A model generated the notes under the pieces. It was not told where the DNA came from and made no database searches. It saw only the letters and a list, made by a program, of their open reading frames with translations. The translations under genes were made by a program, and so were the position numbers. From the NCBI RefSeq assembly GCF_006345805.1, contig NC_042998.1:161386001-161450000 (forward strand): a DNA stretch of 64,000 nt, read 5' to 3'. Below, piece by piece: positions 50,766-63,672 of this stretch. Every line of letters starts with the position of its first letter. Position 1 is the stretch's first letter. Source of the DNA: Octopus sinensis (Eukaryota).

Positions 50766-52852
50766 AGAAACTAGAAGTGCTTTAGGATTTATTGAAATAT
50801 AGAATTCTAGGGCTATATCTTTCCTGTATGATGCTTTTTGATAGTTTCATATTGAGTTTAGATTATCTTTGAATCTGATGTACAACAATAATTTATTCTG
50901 ACACAAGAGAAAGACAAAGTTGTCTATTTTTGTGATAAGAATTGAAATTAATATTTTTATGTTTTGGTAATGATTACAGCTAGTGAGATAATATATGACT
51001 TTGCAGAAATTTTAATTGTTATTTGTTAATTAAAAAAATCTGCTATTTTGCCACCCTAAATTCAGTTACACATATCATTCAATTAGAAAATAAAACTGGG
51101 AACAAAAGTTTGTTGTTAGTTAAAAAAATCAGCTTATTGAGTTGATACAGATCTTTCTAGGTTCTGTGAGAAAACCAATTTAAAGTAAAGGGGTCCTTGG
51201 TAGTGAAAGGGTGGAAACCACTGATAAAGTAGTAACATACTAGTAACACCATACATAGGTAATTCTTGCCATAAACATGTTTTCTAATTTAAGCCCAAGA
51301 TTATACATCTGGGGGAAGAGAACAGTTAATTAAATTTACCCAAGTGTATTACTGTTGGCATTTATTTTAGTGACATTGATAGAATGAAAGATTAAGTGAA
51401 CTTGAATAAGATTTGAGTTTAGAATGTTGAAAAGATTTGAGAAACACCAAGAGATGCTAAATGCTTAATGAATTTTTCTGACATTTAACCAATTTCACCA
51501 TTTCCTCGTTACTCTAAATATATCAGAAACTTTTGCAAGCTTTGGGTTATAATACTCAGAATCAGACATGAAATCTTGTGGTTGCAGATAATATTTGAGA
51601 AATGAATAACTTCTCTAAATAGGGATATTAGCCACAGCATTTTATTAACCACAGAAAGATTAGAAGTAAATTCAATGTCAGTAATATTTGAACTCAGAAC
51701 AGTGAGGTGTCAGAATAGATTATCTTACTAGATAAAAGTATATAGCTTAGTTTGCTACTTTCTATGCCAAAACTATCTAATATAATACAAAATAATTTAA
51801 CAAAGCATTTTGATTGACATGTGTGATAAATAAATATATATAAATGTAAATATATAATTTGTTCCCAAATTACCTAATAAACTAAATTCCCCCATAACCT
51901 ATTTCACTTTTATTTTGAGTGAGATTATCATAAAAAAAACTAATGATACAAGCCAAGATGATAGATTGAGGAAAATTTCTGAAAGGGTAAACCGAATGTT
52001 AGAGGAGGGAATCCAATAAAACACATTTAGGAATGTAGGTTTTGTAAAATGTATAAGAATAGAACATAGACTTTATCTGCAGGCAACTTGTGTAATTAAA
52101 CGAATGGATTGGCTAATTTAGATGAAAGAACAGGGAGGACGAGAGGGAGGCGAAATGTAACTGGGTAAAAAAAAAACATGTAACAATTAAAAGTGGAAAG
52201 AAAACACAAAAGTGTATAGAAGTGTGACGAGGCGTTGCTTATATCAACTTTCCTACATGGAGATATTAATTAAGCACTAGACTGATAAAGAACTGGTTGC
52301 TCTATACATATATTGTTTATCATGTGTTAATGAAAGTAGAATGATATTATATCTTTAGTTTTCTATGTACCACTAGGTATATGTATTTTTATGATAGAAA
52401 TCTTCCGATGCACTCTTCGTAAAACTCATATCTTACTTAGTCAAGAGATGAAGGGTACAACATACAAATTGTTAATTGACTTGAATACAAAATTTATCTT
52501 CATGTGTTAAAGAACAAACAAAATAAAATATATGAAAAAGTATTAAAAATATTGCCAGTTAATTTCTAGGCAATCATTTTTCTGTTGTTGATTAAAATCC
52601 TTTGTAATTAGAATATCTGCAATAAAAATGAAAATATCAAAATAATAGTTCATTTTCCTGGAACAGAGATGTTAGGAGCAGTAGGCTAAAAACTTTGAAA
52701 GTTTGGTGAAAGTTAAAGTCTTTAACTTTATATAGACTAATAGTTCAAACTTATAAACTGAACATATTTCCAGTGCAACAGAAATAAGAAATTTTTTTTA
52801 TTTTTGGAAAATCAGAAAATTCTGCTGAATACTCAATATTTGTTTTATGATA

Positions 52853-52891
<39 letters not shown>

Positions 52892-53722
52892 GAGTGATAC
52901 AGTGTATCATCCTTATAGTAGATATTCATATCAATAACCATAAATGCACTTTCATTTATTAAGTTAGTTTGATATACATTTAGGTTTTCTACGCACTCAA
53001 ACAATCTTATATGTATATATGTAGATTTGCATACAGATGGCCACACATACACACACACACACACTCATATATTTACATATATGTATAATGATATATATAT
53101 ATGTACATAACCATAAATATATGTATGTGTATGTGTGCATGCATGTGTGTGAATGTGTATATATATAACGATATGTATATACATACATGTATGTATATAC
53201 ACAAACTTATATCTATAAATATAATGATATATATATGTAGACGTATACTTATGTTCGATTCATGTTGCAATGCAAACAATTATATGTTAAACTGAAAGAT
53301 TACTCAATACATTTGGTGGAGTACAAATTTATTGTGCTTTAATAATATTGACAGTGACTTTGAAGTTTGAGTAAAAGATTGTAAAAGACTTGAGAGCCAT
53401 GCAGTCCATTTGTCTACCCAAATTTTGCAGTCACTTTGATGTAGAATGCTGTTAGTATTGTACAGAGAAGCAGTCTGTAACATGAAAGCTTATAATGAGT
53501 TGGGTGAGGAATATTCATGTTGATGGACATTAGGGCTCTGTCAAAGGGCTCCATTAAAGGAACCCAAGGACCAGATGATGGCAACAACAATGATCCCTCT
53601 GATGGACTTCTATGCAGTTTCTGTTTTCCAAATTTCACTCACACAACCTAAGGTTATTGTAGAAGGTAATTGTTCTTGGTACTATGCAGCAGGGTTAAAT
53701 CTGAGATAAAATGTAGTTGCTA

Positions 53723-54088
53723 TACTCTTTACTCTTTATTTACTTGTTTCAGTCATTTGACTGTGGCCATGCTGGAGCACCGCATTTAGTCGAGCAAATC
53801 GACCCCAGGACTTATTTTCTGTAAGCCTAATACTTATTCTATCGGTCTCTTTTGCCGAACTGCTAAGTTACGGGTACGTAAACACACCACCATCAGTTGT
53901 CAAGCGATGTTGGGGGGACAAACACAGACACACAAACATATACACACACATACATATCAGCCGAAATTACTATGATGATCCGGTTCTTGACTGAAGACTG
54001 AGGGGTTCGAATGTCCTGTCCATGTTTATTGTATCGTCTTCTATGAGTTATACGTTCTTGTCCATGTTGTATTTTTCTACATACCTTA

Positions 54089-54119
<31 letters not shown>

Positions 54120-54285
54120 TATACGACGGGCTTCTTTCAGTTTCCATCTACCAAATCTACTCAAGGCTTTTGTCGGCCCGAGGCTATAGTAGAAGACACT
54201 TGCCCAAGGTGCCACGCAGTGGGACTGAACCCGGAACCATGTGGTTGGTAAGCAAACTACTTACCACACAGCCACTCCTGTGCCT
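53723..54285 (-). mobile_element. Young full-length SINE family A with a foreign insert in its microsatellite
   Basis: CpG-rich near-consensus copy with a (tactcttt)x2 tail. A unique 130-bp insert lies at 53957-54089. Confidence 0.88.
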
Positions 54286-54639
54286 ATGTGAACTTATTAA
54301 CTAAACCACCACACCTATACCCATGGAGAAGGTAATTTGAGAAATGGACAATCCATGTCAATCTGTTGAAACATGCATACTTGCTGTTAATGATAGGCAT
54401 GATAAGAAAAGGGCAGAAGTTTAATCAAAGTAGATATCTTTCATGTATTATTTATTTCAAGCATTGGGCTGTGCACCACATGAAGAGTTTGGTTGCCCCC
54501 AGTACTTGTTTTTGGAGTGTGGTGCATAATTTATCAGTCTCTGTTAAAAGCTGCTAAGTTATGGAGGCATAAACAATCCAACACTGGATGTCAAGTGGTG
54601 GTCTCACACACACACACACACACACGCGCACACACAAAC

Positions 54640-55020
54640 CATGTAAAAGTGCCTGTATCAGTACCACATAAAAGCGTCTGTGTTGGTATTATGTAAAAGT
54701 GGTTGGCATTAGGAAGGGCATCCAGCTGTAGAAACCAAGCCAAATCAGACAACTGGAGCCTGTGGCAGCTCTCCAGCTGATTAACTCCTGTCAAACTGTC
54801 CAACCCATCCCACCATGGAGAATGGATCCTAAAAGTTGATGATGATGATGATGATGATGGGCTTCTTTTAGTTTCCAGCTGCCAAATCCGTTCAGAAAAC
54901 TTCTGGTAGACCATAAGACTTTAGTAGAAAACACTTGTCCAAGGTGCCACACAGTGGGACTGAACCCAAAACCATGTGGTTGGAAAGGGTGCTTCTTAAC
55001 ACACAACCACACCTGCACCT
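54640..55020. mobile_element. Family D copy (+) fused through its (GAT)n tail to a family A 5' half (-)
   Basis: (GAT)n runs directly into 'gatgggcttctttt' at about 54855. Confidence 0.7.
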
Positions 55021-55151
55021 TTAATATTTCAAAATTTTGAAATTAAAATGTGTGATGAAGAATTCCTGACATTTCTATTCATGTGGTCTAACACTGATGA
55101 CTGCACTTCCATCACTATATGACCTAAAGTTTACTCAGAGCACACACACAC

Positions 55152-55200
<49 letters not shown>

Positions 55201-55229
55201 AAAGATACCTAATAAAACACCTTTTTCCC

Positions 55230-55722
55230 TTACATCTACTTCTCCCTTTTGTTGTTGTTGTTGTTCTTCTTCTTCTTCTCCTTCGTCTTCTTCTTCTTCT
55301 TCTTCTTCTCTTCTACTTCTTCTTCTTCTTTGCCATCATCATAATTGTCACTACTGCTACTTCTGCCAACACTGCTGCTACCCACCTCCACCACCACTGC
55401 CATCGCCACCGCCGCCACCGCCACTTGCCACCACCGCCACCGTCGTCATCATTATTTCATTTTCTATCATTATTAGTATTGATCATCTGCGAAAACTTAA
55501 CTTATAGAAGACAAATTAACATCTCTTTGTTTCATGGCCTGAAATGGCATATATTCAACTTTTCGGAGATCATTTAAACATTTGATATTTACAGCTATTC
55601 AAGCGAATCTAGTCATCACAGAGGTAGGGATGAAGGGGTGCTTTCATTAGGGCCAATTCATAGTTTCAAAAGACATAAGCAGAACCAGTGAAATCATTAA
55701 ATTATTATCATTTCTTTTTGTT

Positions 55723-55754
<32 letters not shown>

Positions 55755-55838
55755 ATACCACCACCACCACCACCACCACCACCACCACCACCACCACCAC
55801 CACCACCACTACCACCACCACCACCACCCCCACCACCC

Positions 55839-55894
<56 letters not shown>

Positions 55895-56360
55895 ATATCC
55901 TCCTCGTCCTCGTCATCATCATTGTCGTCATCATTGTCATCGTTGTCGTCATCGTCATCATCATCATCACCATCAGTATCATCATCGTCATCACCATCAT
56001 CATCATCTTCGTTATGATCATGATCACCATCCCCGTCATCATCATCGTCATCTTTAGTTTCATCATCGTTGCGGTCATTGTTGTCGTCCTCCTCTTCATC
56101 ATCATGGTTGTGGTCATTGTCGTTATTACAGTGATTCTTGGTTACTACTGCTAAGGCTGCTGCTGCTTCTACAACAACAACTACTACGACAACTACTACT
56201 ACTACTACTACTACTACACTACTACTACTACTACTACTACAGCTGCTGCTGCTGCTACTGCTGCTGCTGTTACTACTACTACTACTACTCTGCTGCTGCT
56301 GCTGCTGCTGCTGCTGCTACTACTACTACTACTACACTACTACTACTACTACTGGTTGTG
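55230..56360. repeat. Large mosaic of trinucleotide microsatellites (TTG/TTC/ACT/ACC/GCT/ATC)
   Basis: Directly visible. It is interrupted by unique sequence at 55460-55715. Confidence 0.92.
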
Positions 56361-56892
56361 AATGAAATTTGCTTAGGAGGTGCAAACCTAGGTCGAAAAT
56401 TTTTTTACAGACAAGGTCTTATTGTTTTTTTATTTAATTGTCTTTGTTCTTTGTTCTTTGTGAAGAAACCTATCTTCAAACTACTTTTTACAGATCACTT
56501 TTTATGTACTGTTTTCCAAACATGAGAAAAGTAAGTAGAGGTGCAAATTTTGATTTTCCACCCCACCCCAAAAAAAATTTTAGAAGGTACACTCGCAACC
56601 CCTGCACCCCTGTTCCAGGGCCCATGACTACTCCTACCACTACTACTACTACTACTATTACATAATCATCATCATTATCATTATCATTTTCGTCATCATT
56701 GTCATCATCATCAACATCATCTTCATTTAAGATATTTAGAAATCCTAAACTATTTGGTATCTACAAGATAAACTTCAAAAGAACAAAGAATGAAAACACT
56801 TTCTTTAGTGTTAGTTTATTCTAAATACAAAATTATTGTCCTGAAGAATTGGTCCCTTTGTGAATAAGTGGAGTCATTTTGTTCATTAATAA

Positions 56893-58196
56893 CACTAGTC
56901 AACAAGTATTTTCATCAATCATATGTCAAGGTGTACTTAGTGTAGTTTTTAATGCTGATTTCAAGTATAGAATTAGTTTTTTGACATCACATACAGTTTT
57001 CAAGATGAGAAAATTTTTTTTGTTTTAGCTCATGCATTATATAGAAATTCCATTTGCTGATGTGTATGCATGGAAACATATCTTTAAAATAAACTACATT
57101 ATTCATTGCTGCATAGTTGAGATGCAATATTTCATCATCTTAAATTAACCAATCAAGTTTTATCTGATGAAATAGGTATTTCAACATCTCAAATTGTCCA
57201 GTCATGATTGATCTGATGAAATATTTCATTTCAAATTCAATATAAGTATAACCGTTTGTATCTATTTCCTTACTTGTTTTACAGTGTTGACAATGTCAAG
57301 ACAGTGTAGAAATCATCCTGATGTGTTTTGTTATGTCTATGGACAGTTTATTGCAAAAGCTCAAAAATGTACAATAACACTAGAGATCAAGAAGGTTTAT
57401 AAGCTATACTTTGACTGTCCTCTTGGGGATCAGGACAAGTTATGGGTACCACATTTTATTTGCTCAGTTGAAAATGGGTATCGTTGTTGGACTCCAAATT
57501 AGAAATGTACTCAAAGATGTCAACTTCAAGACAACACTGGATGAACTGGAACTGCCTGTCTGGAATGCTTTCAATTGGATCTGTGAGAATTTCTTGGGTA
57601 ACAAGAAGGCAATGGACAACAAGGATGGCATCAAGAATCTTCTGAAATGTTACTCAGCAATGGGTTGTCGCATGTCACTGAAAGTTCACTTTTTGGACTC
57701 TGGATTTCTTTGCAGATAACCTTGGAGTAGTGTCTGATGAACATGGTGCAAGATTTCACCAGGACATTAGTGCTACAGAGAAACAGTACCAAGACTTCTG
57801 GGATGACAGTATACTGGCTGACTACTGTTGGACACTTTACTGTAATCAACCAGATCAGAAATACTACAGGAAATCTAAAGCACAATGTTTCTAATTCTGT
57901 TGTTCTAACTTTGTCAGTTTTGTCTGGCCCATTTTTGTGTATTCACTCTTTGTAGAATGGTATATGATGACTTTTAACTCAATAAACTCATTTACTTTCT
58001 AAAAATGATATGTCCTTATTTATTATGTTAATGATAACATATATATACAAATATGTAAATATTTGCATGTATCTACTGAAAAACTGATACGTGCTGCATA
58101 CAAATGAAGTGAAATTTTGAAAGCATGAAAAATTAGTCTAAAAAAGTTGGTTTGCATTCATAATGAGTATAATGCATTTAACTTTGTTGACCAGTG
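56893..58196 (+). mobile_element. Internally deleted Chapaev3-like DNA transposon with both ends
   Basis: TAA TSD (56890-92 and 58197-99) and TIR CACT(A/G)GTCAACAA. Transposase remnants lie at 57293-57894. CAC termini with a TWA TSD are the Chapaev3 signature. Confidence 0.8.
57293..57894 (+). pseudogene. Chapaev3-like transposase remnant (N-terminal Cys/His domain joined to the C-terminus)
   Basis: MSRQCRNHPDVFCYVYG...LGDQDKLWVPHFIC, then GIVVGLQIR...FLGNKK...GCRMSLKVHFLDS, then DNLGVVSDEHGARFHQDI...ADYCWTL...CF*. A splice-acceptor-like tract precedes the ATG. Confidence 0.8.
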
Positions 58197-58391
58197 TAAT
58201 TACTGAACTCTAGATTGAATGTAAACTTCCTACATAAAATTTGAAACTGCAGTTCTTGAATGGTGCACTTTAGCATACTGGTATTCCACAAGAAGTATTG
58301 AGTTGTGCCATGGAGTTTGAAAAATGTAATTTAAATTTTGAAAAAAAATCGTTATTAATGCTCCAAGATTGTCTAGAAAAAAGTCTGCTAT

Positions 58392-58586
58392 TACTCTTTT
58401 ACTCTTTTACTTGTTTCAGTCATTTGACTGTGGCCATGCTGGAGCACCGCATTTAGTCAAACAAATCAATCCCAGGACTTATTCTATCAGTCTCTTTTGC
58501 TGAATCACTAAGTTACAGGGATGTAAACATGCCAGCATCGGTTGTCAAGTGATGTCGGGGTTGGGGGGACAAACACAGACACACAA

Positions 58587-58626
<40 letters not shown>

Positions 58627-58786
58627 GATGGGCTTCTTTCTGTTTCCGTCTACCAGATCCACTCACAAGGCTTTGGTTGGCCTGAGGCTATAATAGAAGA
58701 CATTTGCTCAAGGTGCCATGCAGTGGGACTGAACCCAGAACCATGTGATTGGTAAGCAAGCTACTTACCACACAGCCACTCCTGCA
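58392..58786 (-). mobile_element. Full-length SINE family A
   Basis: Collinear with 53723-54285 once that copy's insert is removed. Confidence 0.88.
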
Positions 58787-59039
58787 TACACATATACATA
58801 TTATATATATTCTCATACATATATAAATGTATATATATACACATACATGTACATACATGCACAAACACACACACATGTACACACACATGTATAAACAAAT
58901 TCAATGCAGTTACCTTAGAGAAAAATTCTCACTTATGGTAAATGATGTAAAAATACCATATCTGTTCAGTATCCCTCCTAGCTGACTCTTACAGCTTACC
59001 ACTGTTACTACTGTGCGTACTTACAAACACATATATATA

Positions 59040-59130
59040 TCTTTATATATATAAAATTCTTGTCTGTCTGTCTGTCTGTTCCCTATGCATTCTCAAATGG
59101 CTCCACCTAATCAAATCAAATTTTACAAGG
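59040..59130 (+). mobile_element. Possible 5' end of a non-autonomous Helitron
   Basis: A|TC start, TATATATAAAA, (GTCT)n and 'aaatggctccaccta...aaatttt', a layout seen in invertebrate Helitron MITEs. No CTRR or hairpin 3' end was found. Confidence 0.4.
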
Positions 59131-60342
59131 TAATACTATTAGACCACGCCAGTGTCAACATGTAATTTTTATTTTCATTTGGATTAAAACAATATAACAT
59201 TTTCTTGAAAATAATCTTTCTGTAGTCAACTGTACTACATGACATTTTATATGATGGTGTCACATTTTGTATATGTGTATGCATGTGCCTGTGAGTATAT
59301 GTGTTTGCGTGTTCATTATGTACGACATAGCAAAGGATATTTTATACGACGATACATTTTGTATATGAGTGCATATGTGTCTGTTAGTGTGTGTGTGTGT
59401 GTGTTTGCACATTCATTACATATACGATAGTAAAGGACATTTTATACCACCACCACCACCACCACCACCACCACCACCACCACCACCACTACCACCATGA
59501 CACATTTTGTATGTGTATGTCAATACAGCTTCAATGATCAAATTCACTCACAAGCCATTATTAGTTTGCCTGGGCTATAGTAAAAGACACTTTCTCAAGG
59601 TGCTGTACAGACTTCTAGTGTGCTACAAATTAAAATTTTTAAAGAGAAGACTGAAGCTCACTAGTTTAGAAGATGAAATAAATGAACAAATATTTGCTCT
59701 AATCTAAGAATTACAATTTATTTGGGACATCTAAAGAAAAATTTGTCAATGTGATAATTTATTGTGATATCTAATACAATATATTTTGGTATCTAACTAA
59801 AATTTGTCAAGAGATATGAATATCTCTACATAATATAGTCTTGGTGTCTAGATAATGTTATCACATTTTTCTTTGTCATTGATTTGACAGCATTTGCATT
59901 CATTCACACATATACACAGAACACAACTCATCTCTCACACACAGACACAAGCACATAACCAGTGCCCACATGCAAACACACACACAAGCAGTTACTCACA
60001 CTCACATACATAACAAGCTGCCACCAGAGATGTTATGCACTTGCTTGACTTGCTAACACCAGCTGTTAAATTTCTCTCAAATCACACCTTTCATTCTTGA
60101 ATGGTTTATCAGTGGTGTACACACATTAAATAAGATACATAGACAGCTACAAAAAGAGTCATCGGACATAGTAGTCTTGGATATAAAAATACAAATAAAT
60201 GGCCTGAACTAAAGTATTTTGATCATAGTACTGTTTGACCAGAGATGACCTAAGTAAACACCAACTCTTACATACAAAGTTGAGATTAAAGGAAATTAAA
60301 AGTTTCTTTTGATAATGATGATGATGATGATGATATATATAT

Positions 60343-60394
<52 letters not shown>

Positions 60395-60470
60395 CCAGTT
60401 AACAACTGTCCTCCATATGCTAGCTTGGATTCATCATGATGATGATGATATATATAAAATCTTAATCGTG

Positions 60471-60506
<36 letters not shown>

Positions 60507-60661
60507 GTCATCATCATTTAACAACTGTCCTCCATATGCTAATGTGGATTGGGTGCTTCAAAATGTCTGCTTTGGAATGGTTTCTATAGCAGGTTGCTCT
60601 TCCTAACACCAACTGTTCTTTTTTTTGTGGCACCAATATATACATATAAGACACCAACCAC

Positions 60662-60808
60662 TCTGCCTACAACACTAAGGCCAAGCTGGTGGTCAAGATC
60701 AAGGAGGTGTTCAGAGATCTTCTCAGCAGCACAGTGAGGAAGGTATGCACCAGGTTCAAGAGCCATCTTGAAGCTGTGCTTTAAGCTGAGGGCTGCTACT
60801 TCAGGTAA
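60662..60808 (+). pseudogene. Tc1/mariner (maT-like) transposase C-terminal fragment
   Basis: SAYNTKAKLVVKIKEVF...VRKVCTRFKSHLEAVL*AEGCYFR* aligns with the C-terminus of the 35273 transposase (HNTIASLKAAI...ACQQFWPHIEAVIVTEGSFIK). Confidence 0.6.
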
Positions 60809-60997
60809 GCTGTTGTTTTGAAGCCATTATTTAATTGACACTTCTTGATTTTTAAAATACTTTCATATTTGGGTGAGATATTGTGTTTTCTTTCCCTTCA
60901 TACAGCCTGTCAAATTTAGCCCAAATATGTATGGGTGTAGAAACACACAAACACCCTGCCACACATGCATGCACGCACACACACACACATACATATA

Positions 60998-61214
60998 TAA
61001 GGGGAGGTTGAAGCGTCCTTGGCTTTAAGGGTACCATGAAAGGCCTGGTTGGAGGTCTAACCTTCAGAGTTCTTTTACAAAGCTTAGAAAAACTGAATGA
61101 CTTCTGCAATAACTATGTGAATCTAAGAGGGAATTATGTTGAATAGAATCATAATTAACTGATCCTCCTGTATTTTCTTTTACCCAAAACCAGGAACTTT
61201 TGAGCAACCTCTCA
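60998..61214 (+). mobile_element. Mariner-derived MITE
   Basis: TA flanks and degenerate TIRs. The internal LEKLNDFCNNYVNLRGNYVE* resembles the mariner C-terminus. A second copy lies in reverse at 63672-64000. Confidence 0.7.
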
Positions 61215-61931
61215 TATAAATAATCAAAATAAGCAACAGGATATTCTGTTGCTTATTTTGATTTTATTCATCTTACTTCGAGCTGTGCGGATAATAACTT
61301 AGTGCTTCAACTTAATAACCTAATTCAACCAGATCTTAATTATTTCTTACAAACATGCATACATACATATATATATATATACACACCAGCATCGGTTGTC
61401 AAGTGATGCTGGAGGTGGGGATCAGATGAATTTCAAAAATCAGATCTGCTCATGGAAAAAAATTGTAAATTCATCTGATCCCAAAACATACCACTACAAG
61501 CAAAAGTGTCTACTAGGAGAGGATCAGAGAAACTGTAAAACAAATTCCCCTTCTTTTTACTATTTTCATTTCACTCTTGTTTTTATCATTATGACTTGTC
61601 GGCCCCCACTAAAATAAATGAACTTTGTACATTCAAAGAAATTGAAGTACAGTTTTAATTTTATTGACTGCTATGAACATTCAAACTTACACCTGTTTTG
61701 AACATGTTAATTTATCAACATTGAAACATTTTAGTTTGTCAACATTGAAAATGTTTTTCGGATTTTAAACATTTACCATTGATAAACAAAAAATATTGTT
61801 GAAACTAGTTTGGTATATATATATAAATAAATGTATTTTAAACATTTATGAGATTGTGAAATTTAGGTGCATTTTCAATAACATATTTTCCTATATTTTT
61901 TCCTGCATAGAACACCCCCCCCCCTCTTTTG

Positions 61932-61977
<46 letters not shown>

Positions 61978-62234
61978 GTGTTGGTTTTTTTAAAAAATAG
62001 GAGAAAAGGTACTTGATATTATAGTAGAATATAATAATTTATCTCAGTTGATTTAGTCTGTCACACTGGAGTAATGCACAGCCAATCCCTCAGACAATTT
62101 TGTTTCTTTTTTTTGTTTTACTGTCTGCAAAATTGACTGCATGTCAGAAAAATTCCAAAGCAATGGAGTTCTGGATTAGCTGACATAAATTACACACACA
62201 CACATATTTGCCTCTGTGTGTGTGTGTGTCTGCA

Positions 62235-62279
<45 letters not shown>

Positions 62280-63641
62280 ATATATATATATCCGTACACC
62301 AAAAACAGACATTTGATGATGATATATAATATATGTAAGTATACATATGTATTATATATATATATAATATATAGAATATATGTATACATATATACATATA
62401 TTTTATATATAACTATAATATATAAAATATTATATGTTCATTTATATAGACTCATACACACATGTACATATAAATATTATATGCATATATATGTATATAT
62501 ATATGTAAATGTATATATAATGTATATATATATATACAAACACACACACATCCATATATAAATGCTAAATGATTCATATATAGATTTATAATAAAACATG
62601 TTGGGTTGTGTTACCTGTATTTATATCACCAGTGAGATATAAAAAAATTTAACTACTGATTTTATGTGATGTGCAAATTTATTTGCAAATACGTATGTTT
62701 GGAACGTGAATTACAGGAATTTTTTGACAAAAAAGATCGCTGCAATATAAACATTCATATTTTTGCCTATTTGTTTTTCTCCCAGTTTGAGCTATAAGCA
62801 ATTATTGTAGCTACTTCCACATCTTATCTTTCAGTTAAATATATTTTCAAGAATGTTCCTAGAATGTTTTTCCTTTGGTACTTCTTAAAAAAAAAACCTC
62901 AGCATTGCTGTGATATCAATGATTGTTTATTAGTCTGTTTGTCAGTTTATTAGATCGGATTGTCTACTGTTAATGGACTCAAGATTTCTATATTCTCTGA
63001 TTTTTGTCCCTGTTTCTGATTCACTGTGAAATGTGAGTTAGCTAGAGCTTCAGAGTTAAGAAGAAAAACATATATACATATATCACATGGAGTTTCTGTC
63101 ATTTTATGTGCAGTTGAAATGGCTAAGCACTACTTTATACATTAGTGCATTTGATTTAAACACCCTTGTTAGTTTTAGAATAAATAATCACATATATGTA
63201 CAGATATAAGGATAAAAAATATTATGTTGGAAGACGTAAAAAAAAATAATGAAAGAAAATGGTAACTACTGGTGCTATTTATGGCAACTTTTTTCTGTTT
63301 TCTTAATTCAGAAGAGAATTATAAAGAATATGTTGTAAGCTGAAATAACTCATGGATTCATTTAAGCCACTCTTGAATTCTTGTATATGTGTGTGTGCGT
63401 GTGTGTGTGAATGCATATATATTAGCTTATCTGAGTGTATTTGTGCATGAGTGTAAGTGCATGCATTCAGGTGTGTGAGTAGAGAATATAAAGGTTGATG
63501 ACTATGTCTAGATACATGTGAGAAATAAAGAACAACAACTCAACTAAATAAAATATTTTCCATATTTTCTTTCTACTTCAAACTGTCTTCTCTATAGAGG
63601 GAATAAGTTAGATAAATATACTGATAGTTACTCACATATGC

Positions 63642-63671
<30 letters not shown>

Positions 63672-63672
<1 letters not shown>

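Noticed and set aside
52090-52260. Promoter-like patch (ATTGG, GGGAGGCG, TGACG, a few CpGs)
   Set aside because: Short motifs like these occur by chance, and there is no downstream exon or CpG-island-scale signal.
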